A stretch of 64,000 bases of DNA, from assembly GCA_043228905.1 (NCBI GenBank), contig JBHGNT010000008.1, forward strand, positions 4,588,001 to 4,652,000, in the 5' to 3' direction. The notes under the pieces are model-generated. The model was not told where the DNA came from. It did not search any database and saw nothing but the letters and a program-made list of their open reading frames with translations. This stretch comes from Azolla caroliniana (lineage: Eukaryota; Plantae; Polypodiophyta). Below, piece after piece: positions 24,201 through 35,919 of this stretch. The number at the start of each line of letters is the position of its first letter. Positions within the stretch are counted from its first letter, which is position 1. Both the position numbers and the translations under genes were made by a program.

Positions 24201-25202
24201 TTTGTGTTGACAAGGAGAAAGATGATGATGGAATTGTCAATGTGTGTGTGGGTGTGTCTAGGAGTGTGAGGTTTTTCCTACCGACTAGCGGGGGTTTTAC
24301 TCACATAGTTTGTTTCTTTTTCTTCTCTCCTTCTTTGTCTATAGCCTACCATAAGGCGAAGGAGTTTTTTTTATTCTTTTTATCTTCGGCTCACCATAAA
24401 TGGTTCGCTCAACAAGCAAGAGGGGGAGGGCTAAATGTGAAAGTGTTTTTAGAATCTAAGCCATTGAACATTAGGAGAATATAAAGTATAGATAATTCAC
24501 CTTTTGAGGATAAGAACACGAACTAAGACCTTAGGGAAGAAGTCAAAAGTAAAAGTACGAGACCAAGAGAAAAGTAAAAAGAGAAAACGCAGACTATAAA
24601 TAACAGTAAAAATAGAATGGTCATAACTCCCTCGTTGTTTATCCAAATATCACGTTTAAATATGGATTAGAAAGCTTGTAAAAAGAGCTTTCTATAGCTT
24701 TTTAAATCGCTTAATTTGGATATCGGATGAGGGAGATATGACGATTAGAAGGTCGATGTGTCATAGCTAAAAATAGGGAGATAAAAAGCTTCTAAAAATA
24801 GCATGAACGTGGATAAGAAGAGGAAGGTTATAAAAGAAGAAGTGATATTAGTGAGGAGGGGGCCAAGAGTGAAGGCCAAGAGTGGGGGCGAAGAGTGAAG
24901 GCCAAAGAGTGGATGAGGAGTGTTAGGAAGAAGTGTCTTTGTGGAAGAGGAAGTGTCTTAGGAGAGGAAGGTCTTTGGTTTTAGTTCAATGTGGAGTTTG
25001 TCTCCTTTGTATTCTCTTGATGTTGAAATATCAGAACATTCTTATTTCTTGCTCGCTTTCTCTATCTTTTTTCTTAGTTTCTTGAGTTATACTCTCTAAT
25101 CATAATTACCTAGAGCTATATTATGATTTTCAACTCCATCTAATCGGTTTGGTCAAGCCCTCATATAGTGTATAACTATCTATTATCTTATACACCCTAT
25201 CA
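21227..25202 (+). mobile_element. Young non-autonomous Gypsy-type LTR element, 3976 bp
   Basis: 767-bp LTRs at 21227-21993 and 24436-25202, with one mismatch seen. TSD GACTC. PBS tggcgctccagggaggg (tRNA-Asn-like). PPT agggggaggg. Confidence 0.95.
22054..24180 (+). CDS. Gag, zinc knuckle and aspartic protease fused in frame to deleted RT remnants, 708 aa
   Basis: Gag core (GRARDWY), CYSCQEEGHSTRC, ALGDSGA and PPIVLVPKK. No YxDD, RNase H or integrase. Confidence 0.8.
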   Translation: MLLYYINLAMQFAFSGERTQDAGAFLACFEHHAISIGRITDNEKLPLLVATFYGRARDWYDSLPQNEQGEYQLLVHQFRTRYIQWKSATEVREELFQLKMESPFGFLEYERNFQELWTTWIRLRGGTEDEWFKIEQFKVGLDMHFRLEASLKDPTTFQALLQVCQDYDRQVKMMSSMGDPQMTALGANLMPRANFQALSSIVHGGQVFPNVYTTTTINPTSISQEVEQVKSEQDTMALVNRRFDEVMAHLQQSQAIRNTIPDGGGSRGHQGVICYSCQEEGHSTRCPHRQQRGMERDMYEVQRNGQRPINNGVEGGESITLPMTQVPTIPHNVNLLNFIDDSDSACEVALVKRTRASQKEKEVEGESSDSRQKKKSKENEKEDKLRRRHSRRKIKMEDIPMGEGVESFNRKHELISSGPRITWPQLLQLSSTLQNEWGRFVSICQSQKTVHYVGIMRVEDRKGIRPIIPVSIKGVHIKDALGDSGARVSLISEFVVNKVGIPISRSSSTRVVVVDSGVVHCTSIVEDVFIKCFGIRGEACNKYHINLKESVSISPKLRQLSVEQKEEFMQEFNAWLQESSNYKMEDLRCVPPIVLVPKKNEINFKPLNDSTKRDEFSLPSRDEIVDKMVVYTKQGSVDNMLCQKGFHVDDSKINIITKMTIPTSLEALKVFVQKVRSLERFIYMLTCLLLSRVMYPMALLVFGELTKT

Positions 25203-25207
25203 GACTC

Positions 25208-26610
25208 CAACACAACAAACACATTATCATCCTCCCAACCGATAAAAATATGGGAGTATGTGTTCTAGATAAAGACACATACTACACCAAAGCCATAGAA
25301 CACCTCTCGAATTCTACCACCTATAAGAGAGTCAGCCACTTCCCCTTGGAAGAGTTACTATACTGCCTTAATAACATAATAACAAACCACTTAGGTACAC
25401 TTCCCCCAATTGAAGCTAATTTCATCCTCCACAAACCTAAAAAAAGATATCAAGTATCCAACCTCTATTTCCTCCCTAAATTACACAAAACACCTATGGG
25501 TTTTCAGCCCATTTGTTCATATAATAACTCCTTATTTGAACAAATATCGAAGTGGTTACACCACCAACTTCTCCCAATCCTCCTTCTCCAACCACAATAT
25601 CTAAAAGACTCTCACACACTAATCCAATCACTAGAAAACCTACACCCACCATCTAATAGTTTCTTATTCACGTTTGACGTTGAATCTCTCTATCCTAGTA
25701 TCCCCCCTAAGCTAGGACTCCAAGCCCTACGTAGTCTAATCACCCCCCACTTTTCCCCTTCGAAAACAAATCTCATCTATACCCTTAGTGCCCTTATTTT
25801 AGAATATCACTATCTCATTTTCGATGACGTAGTTTACCAACAAATAAAAGGTACGGCCATGGGTAGCAACTTTTCAGTCGTATATGCATGCCTCTTTTTA
25901 GTATATCTCGAAAACTTACAACCATCACCCCCCCATCTCTTCTACTTCACCCGCTATATTGATGATGCATTTGGGGTCTAGACAGGCCCAAATCTCAACT
26001 TTTAGAATATCTTGACTTTTACCCTTTACACACAAATAACTCCATCAAGCTTACCATTCAAACTTCCCCCTTTCGGCTACCTTTTTAAGACATATGAATC
26101 AACCTCGAAAATTCATCTTTTTTATTCAATTGTTTTCAAAAACCTCTCAATTCATACCAATACTTGCCTTTTTCATCGGATCATCCTTCCCATACGAAAC
26201 AACACTTTATCACTAATGAAGTGAAGAGATATCTCATTAGAGAAAGCACCCCATTAGGTTTCTACCAAATGAAAAAACTCTTTTTCAATAGACTAGTTAA
26301 CTGTGGTTACCCTCCGTCCTTTATACTAAAAAGCTATAAGAAAATACCTTTTAATCTTAGAAAAACACTCCTAAATCAACCCAAAACTATTACTTCCCTT
26401 AACCCCACAATCTTTAAACTTAGATACACCAAACATACCCCAAAACTAGGCATTCATAGTTTTCTAAAAAATCTCTATAGTGACTTAATGTTAGATCCCG
26501 AGCTTACAAGCATCTCACGCCCTTTCGTATGTTGGACAAAATCTAAGTCCTTACATGCCCTCCTAGTTAAGACTAAGTTTTCAAACAATCCACCAAAATC
26601 CCCCACTTAA
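25208..26610 (+). pseudogene. Penelope-like reverse transcriptase and thumb, one stop and a frameshift near 25980-26160
   Basis: PLE RT motifs in ORFs 25250-25981 and 26164-26610. Confidence 0.85.
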
Positions 26611-26772
26611 AACTAAGTTTTCAAACAATCCACCAAAATCCCCCACTTAAAACTAAGTTTTTCAAACAATCCACCAAAATCCCCCACTTAAGACTAAATT
26701 TTCAAACAATCCACCCAAATCCCCCACTTAACACTAAGTTTTCAAATAATTCACCCACATCCCCCACTTAAT
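26570..26772. repeat. About 40-bp tandem repeat (5 copies) overlapping the PLE stop codon
   Basis: actaagttttcaaacaatccaccaaaatcccccacttaa is repeated. Confidence 0.9.
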
Positions 26773-26874
26773 ATTATCCTAAATCCCCCTTTTTCATCAC
26801 ATTAAGAACTCCCCCCTCACCATCATCATTATACTAATTCCCCCTCTCTCATTCCCTATCACTTTCCTACACAC

Positions 26875-26877
<3 letters not shown>

Positions 26878-26937
<60 letters not shown>
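26878..26937. repeat. (CT)n microsatellite
   Basis: About 30 perfect CT units. Confidence 0.95.
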
Positions 26938-26941
<4 letters not shown>

Positions 26942-27276
26942 GTGTATGTTGCCTACTTTCTCTTGTTTAGCTTAAGCACCCTCTAATCATCGTGTGCCTA
27001 TCCCTACGCACTCCTTGTTTGACCATTTGGTCCTAGTAACATACGCATCGATCCCCTAGACAATTAATACCCTTCCTAGTACATCTGTACATCAGTCGAA
27101 CTATTCCTAGCTATGTATAATTCATAAACACACACACGCGCGAAAGGGATTGGATCACGCCTCCTCCCATTTATTCCTCCTAGGGGCAGTTTTCTCCACG
27201 ACATCCACCCCCAGCAAACCGCACGTCCACCAATACATGCCAGGTAGGAACAACCTTGGCAGAAACCAGCCCTAGA

Positions 27277-30200
27277 TCACTCGTCATTTTCCGAACCCTC
27301 GCGTTCCCCGATTCGGGCATCGCCACTGCCATCGCTCGCCGGGTCCGGTTCGTCCTCGTGCCGCTTCTTGAACATCTTGACCCTCTTGCCGGCCACCAGT
27401 ACCGCTATCCACATGCCATCGAGCTCTGCGAGATGATACGTGCCATTGTCGTTCGTGCTTGTTACCATGTAGGGCCCAAACCATCTCCTCGCAAACTTAC
27501 ACACCGCCTTGTGCTGATTATCCAGGCTACTGTCGTACACCAACACCCAGTCGCCTTCCTCGATCTTCTTCGGTCTCTGCCGGTGTGTTTGGTCGAACCG
27601 GCCATTGCTCCTTTCACGTGCCGTACGCAACTTCGCCATCGCCTGCTCCACATCCTCCGGTCGTCGCTCGAGCTGCCGAATCCGCGCCGCCAGCAACTCT
27701 TCCCGGCTCATCTCGTCCTTCCAATCCACCGCGACCCACGAAGTGATCGTCCGTTCCACCAGCATAATCGGTTTTTGCCCGTACATCAACTCTGCCAACA
27801 TGAACCCTGTCACCGAACTGTGCGTAGTCCGGTCCGCCCAAAGCGCATAGGGTAGAAGCCGCATGCAATTCCCGACCTACCCTTCACACGCTCGTAGTAA
27901 AGCCTTCCCGATCGGTCCGTTTCCGCGTTCTATCTTCCCATTCGCCTCCGGATTGTACACCATAGTGAGGGAGAGCTTGACCCCTAACCGGTCGAACAGC
28001 TCCTCAGCTTCTTGCGCGTCCAACTCTCTTTGATCCGCCACAATTTTCCCTACGCATCCATACCGGCACACTACCTCTTCGATCAAGAACCGGCACACCG
28101 TCGCAGTCTTCTTGTTCGTCAGTGCGCGGCCTTCCACTTGGTTCGTTAAATCTTCCCGCGCAAGCATCAAATACCACATTTGCCCTACTCCCATCGGCAT
28201 CGTCACTAAGTCGACCATCCATTTGAATTGGATGGTCGGCAGGTAGGTTGGGTGCAGCTCGTCTCGATGCCAAATCGCGGAGTGCATCTGACCATTTTCA
28301 CACGTCGTCATGAACTAGTACACATCCCGGTACAACCCCGGCCACCAATACTTCTCTTTCAATTTCTCGAATGAGGCCCATGTCCCGCGGTCCCCGGACT
28401 CGCATGGTACGCCGTAAGCAATGCGTTCTATTCGTCCTTTCTCACTACTATGCGGAGTGGGACACCACCTCGCTTCTTAGGGTGCCTCCATATGTTCCTG
28501 TCCCGTAGGAAGAACTGTTAAGCTTTCTTTCAAATCCAGTTAGCCTCTTCCTTTGTCCACGTTGCGTCTAGTGTCATTGTCTTCAGGAACCTACCGATCT
28601 GGAGCCACTCCCCGTCATACTCTCCTTCGTGAAATTCGTTAAGCGTTGGAGGGCTCCTCTCCCTCGTTATGTATGCCATCTCGAAGAAGTCTACGGTGAC
28701 TTCCTCGTCCTCCGAAACCATGTCGTCCTCGTCGTCAAACCGTGCTCTCGAAAGCATGTCGGCCATGGTGTTGTTCTTCTCGGAGATGTGTCGTATCTCT
28801 GGATTTAGAGACTTGATGTATGCGATCCACCGGAGCATTGCCAGGTCCGGAGTCGCACATCCAGAAATCATACCGAGAATCGGTAGGCAGTCCGTCTCGA
28901 TTATTACCTCCGTCCCTATAAGATAATCTTTGTCGGCCTTAACCGCCGAAACGATACCCCATAGTTCGCACTTAACTTGGGCGTATCCTCGTTGTCGCTC
29001 ACTGAGAACCTTCGCCCCGAACTGGATCAGGAACCGCGCGCTGCTTTCGTCCTCCTGATTGATCACACATCCGATTCCGGTCAGGCTTGTGTCAACGGTT
29101 ATGTAGATGGGGATCTCCTTGCCATAAACCACTTTCTTGAGAGTCGGTGTTGCGGTAAGTGCCTCCTTCAGTCTCCGGACCTACTTCGTATGCTCCTTGC
29201 CACATTCAAATTTGCGCCCCTTCTTCAGCAAACCCGTAAAGTGGTTCTGCGACGTGTGCGTAGTGCGGAATCCAGATGTGGTAGAATGTGCACGCACCCA
29301 GGAACCTCCGCACCTCAGTAACCGACTTGCACTCTTCCTTCATTACGGAGATGACTTCTATCTTTGCCGGAGACGGTTTCCGGCCATAGGGCCCGCATAG
29401 GTGACCGACCACTAGGATCTCCGGTTGGACGAACGCCAATTTCTCCCCGGAGAAGGTGAGCCGCGCGTCCTCCAGCCTTTGCAGCACCTTCTCGCAGTCA
29501 TTAATGTGGTCTGCGACGAACCTCCGTCATCCGTCCGGCCCAACCGCCTCGTCCTTATCCTCCACCGGATATCCTTTGATCGGGATTTCGTCCAGGAATG
29601 GCATGGTGATGTCCGGGATGCAGTCCCTTAGCACCTTGTTCATCGCATTCACCATGTGCGCCACCGAGTTCGTCTCTCCTTGCAGCAGGGTACACATCCG
29701 CACTAAGCCGAGAGGGGTCCGCATCGTTGTGATATCCCTACTCTCCACGGCTAGTTGGAACTCATCATACCCCGAGTACAGATCACCGATCGAATAGATT
29801 GACCTTCCGACGAAGGCTTCCACGAACTCGTCTATCGTCGGTCCGATACCCCTGTTGACCGGTTGCAGGTCCTGAATGAAGCGCATCATGCCGTTCTTCT
29901 TCAGCACAGTAAACCACCGATTCGAATATGGGACGTTCGACGGTTTGAGGATGCCCATCTCCACTTCCTGCTTCAGTAGCTCCATCAACTTCGGGATGTG
30001 AGCTCTAGGTACCAGAATCGGCTTGAGATTCCACGGCACATGCGGCACTGTGAATATCACCATCAGCTCCACGATCGTCGGGTCTACGCACCCAATCTTC
30101 TCCGGCAAGAATGCGAAGGCTTTCCCGTGCTTTCGGAGCATCCTCCGAAACCGGTCCTCCTCCGCCAACAGTAGAAACCCACTCCCACCGACCTTGGGCT

Positions 30201-32129
30201 CCCGTCGCGTTATGTCGGTGAATCGGTGCCCTATGCCGACCGGTTGCTATAAACTTGGGTCCGATGCGACCCCCTTTATCCGTTATTCGTTATCCTCCGG
30301 AAAGGGTGTCGTGATTGGCCTCACCTTCCAATCCACAGTCTTGTACTTGGTATCCACTCGGGTCGTCCGACCTGACCCGAACCTTTCCCCACCACCAGCT
30401 CCTGCACGTCCCCAACTCGAACAGGGGTCTCCATAGTGGCCCTGGCCCAATGCAGCTTCGCGTAGTAGCTGTCCATCAACTCATCCTCTAGGGCCATGTC
30501 TTCTAGGTGCGTCGTCCACACCTCCACGGGCTTCTCCGGCTCCAACTCCGTCGAGAACCGCTACCGCTTCACCAAGTCCACAATGGAGTCGTGGAACTCC
30601 TTCGCAATTCCGAGCACCTCCCTCAATGAAAGCTCCACCTTGCTGTCGAGAATCCGCTCCTTGAGGACCTTCCACAGGTCCGTTGACCTCTCAATCTCCG
30701 TGCTCAGCTGGTAACCGGCCCTTTTCATTTTATCCGGCACCCCGGTGTTGCCAGCATCGTTCTGCTTTGTTCTAAACCGGGTCTCATACCGTTGTGAGGG
30801 ACCGGCGCCTCCAGCCCTTCCCGCGCGCTTGTCTTCTACCAGAACCTCGTAGTTCTGGCACGCGGCCTCCACGAAGCCGGTCTTTTCTTCGATCAAATCG
30901 TCGCATCCGGTGACCTCCCGAATCCGTTGTTACGCGCGGTCCGCTTCCTCTTTCCTCAGCCGAACCCCAGAGAGGCCTTCCAGCACTAGCGGCCAAAATC
31001 CGGAGTCTTTCGCCTTCCGGCCCTCGTCGCCCCCGACACGGATACCCACCGACGCGGAGTAGTGGACAGCCTCTGCATGTCGCATCGCGGCTTCTTCCAT
31101 CAAGCTCTTCATCCCGCCACGCCCAATGTTCAACTCTAGGGCTTTCCGCATGTCGCCGGAATGCACCCGCCCATTCCAGAGGTACACCACATTGGCCCGG
31201 AGTGGCTCTGCGAAATCCGCGCATTCTTTCCGGATGTGACCAACAGCGTCACACCACATGCATCGTTGCCCCATCAGCGACCTCCGGTCACGAGGTTGAT
31301 CGTCGTTGTCCCTCCGTGCTTTTGCGATCTGGAGGTCGCGCACCATTTGCGTCAGCTCTTCCAGAGCCGCTCATCCGGAAAAGCCTTGGACCACTCCGCT
31401 CGAGGTTGGGCCCGTCTCGAGCCAATTCTGAGTCTCTTCCTTCCCAGTCGGCACCAATACTGACTCCTCAAGCTTCCTCGCCGAGACCGACCCCGACGCC
31501 GTCGAGCCCTCATCGCTCCATTCGTGCCACTTGTCAAAGCGGGCGCAGACCCCTTTGACCACGGCCCAATCGGCCGTGAGGCCTTCATCCATCTCCAATA
31601 GGAGACCCACCTTCTCCCGATCCAACGCATGCACCGACTTGATGAACAGCAAGACCTTGCTCGTGTCGACTACGGTCCAATCCAGCGCCGACAACCGAGC
31701 GAACCGTTGTTCGAATTCCTGGAGGAGCACCGACGTGTTCCTCCCCTTCCCAGGGCTCTCAACCCAAGCCATGAAGTCCCGCTTCAACAGTCGAAGCGAA
31801 TCGTCGTACCCATACTTCTCGAGGAGCGGCCCCTCAAGCTCCACCCAAGCTCGGCATCCGGCCAACACCTCGAGCACCTCCGTGTGGATGCTCAACGTCA
31901 ACACTCGAGGGAATCCCGACAGCCGCCTGTCCTCCAGGATGTCCCTCATGATCATTTCAGCCCGATAGGGCTCCAAATAGCTCGTGGCATTCTTCCCACC
32001 GAATCGGCCTATGGTGCTGACAATCGATTCTATGGCCCTATCAAGGGCACCCGTTCCCTCGCGAGCGCTCACTAGCCGGTCGACGGCTACTGCCATAGCT
32101 TCAGCAAGCTCGGATCCCCTCATCTTCAA
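27277..32129 (-). pseudogene. Gypsy gag-pol, decayed, protease region deleted
   Basis: gag (31371-32129), knuckle CMWCDAVGH, RT (29527-30168), RNase H (28530-29132), IN (27277-28311) ending in a GPY motif. Confidence 0.9.
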
Positions 32130-32787
32130 CTCCTTTACCGCCTTCTTTCACGTCGGGTTCACCAAATAATGTCGTGTTGTTACGCTCTCGTGTGTGAAAT
32201 GAGGCGGGACCGCGGGGGCCCTGAACCAAGGAGCGTGAGAAAGATGAGGGAGAGCGATTCACAGAAACACAGGGAGAGAGATGGGAACAAAAGATTCAAT
32301 TACAATGTCAACAACGATTACAACCGGCAAACCGGCAACAAACCCCAAATGGAGGTCCCACGCACACACACGAACGACACAGAGAACGCATGGTGGAGCC
32401 TCTGTTGGAAGCACATGGGCTCACACGCAGCAGAGGCAACCGACACAGAAACATAGCGGAGAGCAACGGTTGAGGAGGAGAGAGCTCGGTCCCTAGTCCG
32501 ACAGCACTTCGTCCTCGCCAAAACGCGATACCTATCTTCTTCTTCTCCCCTCCCTTTTATAGGTCAATGAGGAGGCCGTTACATCAAAACACATCAACTT
32601 TATTCTCTGTCCTTTCGGACAGAGATACGCATCGATCCCCTAGACAATTAATACCCTTCCTAGTACATATGTACATCAGCCGATCTATTCCTAGCTATGT
32701 ACAATTCATAAACACACACGCGCGCGAAAGGGATTGGGTCACGCCTCCTCCCCTTTATTCTTCCTAGGGGCGGTTTTCTCCACGACA

Positions 32788-35700
32788 ACGTGTTCTCTTA
32801 GTATTGCTCCTGACACTCAACAAAGCAATGATACAAAAGATTAGTTGTCACTTGTAACAATGACGTTTGACCCTTTAAACACCAATCAATCCACAGTTGT
32901 TCTCCTATTTGTAGATGTAAGGGACCTTGCATCAATGCAATATTTTGTAGTTATTGCCAAATAAACCCATAATTAGGTGGAATGTACAATAATTGTCGTG
33001 CTTCAATAAACTCCAAAATTCTTTGAGATGGAGCCTCAACTATGTCTCCCACCTCTTTGACCCCCAAACGAAACAAACAATTAAATTGAGAGCACAATCT
33101 CTCATTTCCTGGCCAACATAATAATCGAGAAGACACAAGCAACTCTTTTTGCAAATAATTACAATGCTCTCTACTAGATGGTTTCCATACACATAACAAG
33201 AGTGCTTCTTGCCATGAGGTAACCAAGTGTTGAACACATGTAGAGCCCGGAATCCTAAGCGAAATACATCATTCAGTAATTGCCATCATGAAGCCGTAAT
33301 CGTTGTCCTCCTATGTGTTAAACCCTTGTTCTCAATGAAATATTTAACAATAGATATCCATGGGAATGAGTTTGAACGCATGTCTTGTAATAATGAAAAT
33401 CTACGAGCCATCATATGCTTAGATAAGTTCAATATTCCGGCTCCACCCAAGCGCTTAGGGGTTGCTAGATGATTCCATGCAACCCACGTGATTCCCTTCT
33501 TATCTCTCTTCTTCCACAACAAATATCGAAGAGGTTGCAAAATAGAATGCAACGCCTTCTTTGTCCATGGCAACAATGGCAAGTAATATAATATCATGGG
33601 TTCCATAATACATTGTACAACCTTCAAGTGTACATAAAATGGTCAAGATTGTGACTTCCAATACATGAACTTATCCCTCAACTTATTAGACATCCATTCA
33701 ATCAATTGACCATTTGTAACATTCATTCCTAAGGGATAGCCCAAATGTCGAAAAATAGAGCCTTTCTTCACCACGGATCCTTGTCATCCTAAACATTCCA
33801 AATCCCTTTCAGTACATGATATGAGAGTAGACTTCCTCCAATTAATATGTAATCCGAAAGACAATGCAAATTGGTTCCTTACAAGCATCCCCTTCTCAAG
33901 ATTCTCTCGTGAGGCTTGTAGAAACATGAAACAATCATCAGCCAAAGCCACAAGTTGCCCTCTAGATGGAAGGTGTAGACCCACAATATCACCATTTGTT
34001 GCAAGCCTGGATAGCACCACTAACAAGGGATGAGTAACAATAGCAAACAACAATGGACTAATAGGGCATCCTTGACGAACGGATATTGTGAGGGCAATAT
34101 CTTATGTGGCTCCCCCATTCAACATTACTCAAGACACTACATCTTGTCCTAATAAAAATATGAGGCGAGACATACAATGTCCAAAGCCCATTGTATGCAT
34201 TAACCCAAAAACAAAGGACCAATTAACATAATCATAAGCTTTCTCCAAATCTAATTGCACCATAATCCATTCTTGATGAGTATTTCGAGCATAATCCATG
34301 GCCATTTGAACATTCAACACATTATGCAATATATTCCTACCTACAATAAAACCATATTGGGAGGGATGTATCAACTTTGGCAAATACTTTTGTAATCTAT
34401 TTGCCAAGACCTTTGTAAATATCTTATATAACCCCCCCATCAAAGAAATAGGTCTCTATTGATGAAATGACTCCGGAGATACCACCTTTGGAACTAATTT
34501 AATTAGACCAACCTTCCAAGCTGGAGGCATACAACCAGAATCCCAAGAATGTGTTAGGAATCAACCTGCCACAACCGGTTTCACGTTCGTATTCGTGTGC
34601 AAAAATCACGAACTAGTACACAGACCGACCGACGTAAAGACACAGAGACACTGATATTTTACTTGGAAAACCCGAAATGGGAAAAACCACGGGGGTCCAC
34701 AAACCTCGAGAAATAGATCACTATAGTAGAGAGGAAGTACAAATACGGAACTCGGAGGCAACGACCTCAAGTTCTCCTTCGTCTGACAGACGGCTACAGA
34801 GTTACACTCTCCCTCTCTCACTCGCGGTTACAGAGGCAACTACCTCATTCTAACTATTTTCAATAATGATCAACTACATTCGTATGCTCTAAAGTTTGCC
34901 CTAGTTGCTTATAAACAAAAGCAACTTTTTGGTTATTTACAAGTATAACCCACAAGGCCTTTTAGACTATTTACAATTATAGTCTTCCAAAACAATTTCG
35001 ATATCCGATTACGATTTCGGTTTCGGTTTCGGATTACGATTTCGGATTACAGTTTCGGTTTCGGTTTCGGATTATGATTTCGAGTTCGAGTTTGTTTTTT
35101 ATTTCGGCCTCGGCCGAGATACTCACCAACACGGTCCTGCTCTTCCCATCCAGAGGGACATGTTTCCCAACAGAATGTTGAAACATCAAAGTTAAGGGCC
35201 CCTTTAAAATGTTTGAATATCTCTTAAAAACTTCATTTTTCAAGTCATCCCAACCGGGGCTCTTACCACTAGGAAGATGCCTTAAAACTGTGTCCACCTC
35301 ATCCTCAGTGAAATCCCCATCCAATTCATGACTAATGAGGTCATGCACAATATATCCAACCACATCATAAAACTAATGACGTGCTTTACTCACCTCATTT
35401 GTCATTAACAGTTGTGAGTCAATCAACTCCTTAAAGTAATGAACACATATGTCAATTATTGTAGTAGGATCCACTATCCATTCATCACCTTGCTTCACAT
35501 GTACCACATTAGATTGAGTATAAGTAGGATGTGACGCTTGGAAAAACAAATGAGATTGACATTGATTATTTATGAGCCCATCCCTCAATTGTTGCATCTT
35601 CGCATAACAATAACTTTGGCATGCAACTGAGAAATAATAACATGTAATTGACTTTGGATATACAAAAGCTCCTCATCTAATGGTGCATGTATCAATAATG

Positions 35701-35900
35701 CACTACACCTGGAGAGAACTTGTGAGAATTGTCGAAGAAGACCTCTTCTTCGTTGAGCATTAGTTAGTCCATACATACGATGAATGATCTTAATGTTTCG
35801 TAATGTGATATCCCATGCTTTAACTCCTTTAAGATTCACTTCTTGTGAAAAATTTACCAAAATTTGCTCCATGAGAGAATTAACGTGAGGTTGAAACCTT
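32788..35900 (-). mobile_element. Degenerate L1-like LINE ORF2
   Basis: Translates to KSPGWD, KVLANRLQKYLPKLIHPSQYGFI, LDLEKAYD, RQGCPISP, ADD and WVAWNHLATPKRLGGAGI. Confidence 0.85.
34552..35172 (-). mobile_element. Solo LTR, Copia-like, inserted in the LINE
   Basis: tgttagg...cccaaca with TSD GAATG on both sides. Shares the ggaaaaccc..gggaaaaaccacggg motif with the 40581 LTR. Confidence 0.9.
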
Positions 35901-35919
35901 TACCTTTAAAGCACTTTCC

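Larger units (their letters stand above)
18545..27040 (+). mobile_element. Penelope-like element without a GIY-YIG endonuclease (ORF1 plus RT), interrupted by an LTR element
   Basis: ORF1-like frame 18545-20155 has one stop. RT N-terminus ~20780-21226 continues at 25208 with PTDKN, FLPKLHK, FDVESLYPSI, GTAMGS, RYIDD and SDHPSHTK. The ORF ends at 26610 with no GIY-YIG motif. Strong C/A strand skew. Confidence 0.8.
15153..32787 (-). mobile_element. tRNA-Trp-primed non-chromovirus Ty3/Gypsy element (Phygy-like) with an 11.4-kb insertion in its 3' LTR
   Basis: 5' LTR at 32170-32787. 3' LTR split into 15153-~15590 and ~27041-27203. 4-bp TSD ACGT. PBS 32147-32164. PPT next to 27204. Decayed gag, RT (FLDEI), RNase H and IN frames at 27277-32129. 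Confidence 0.9.
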
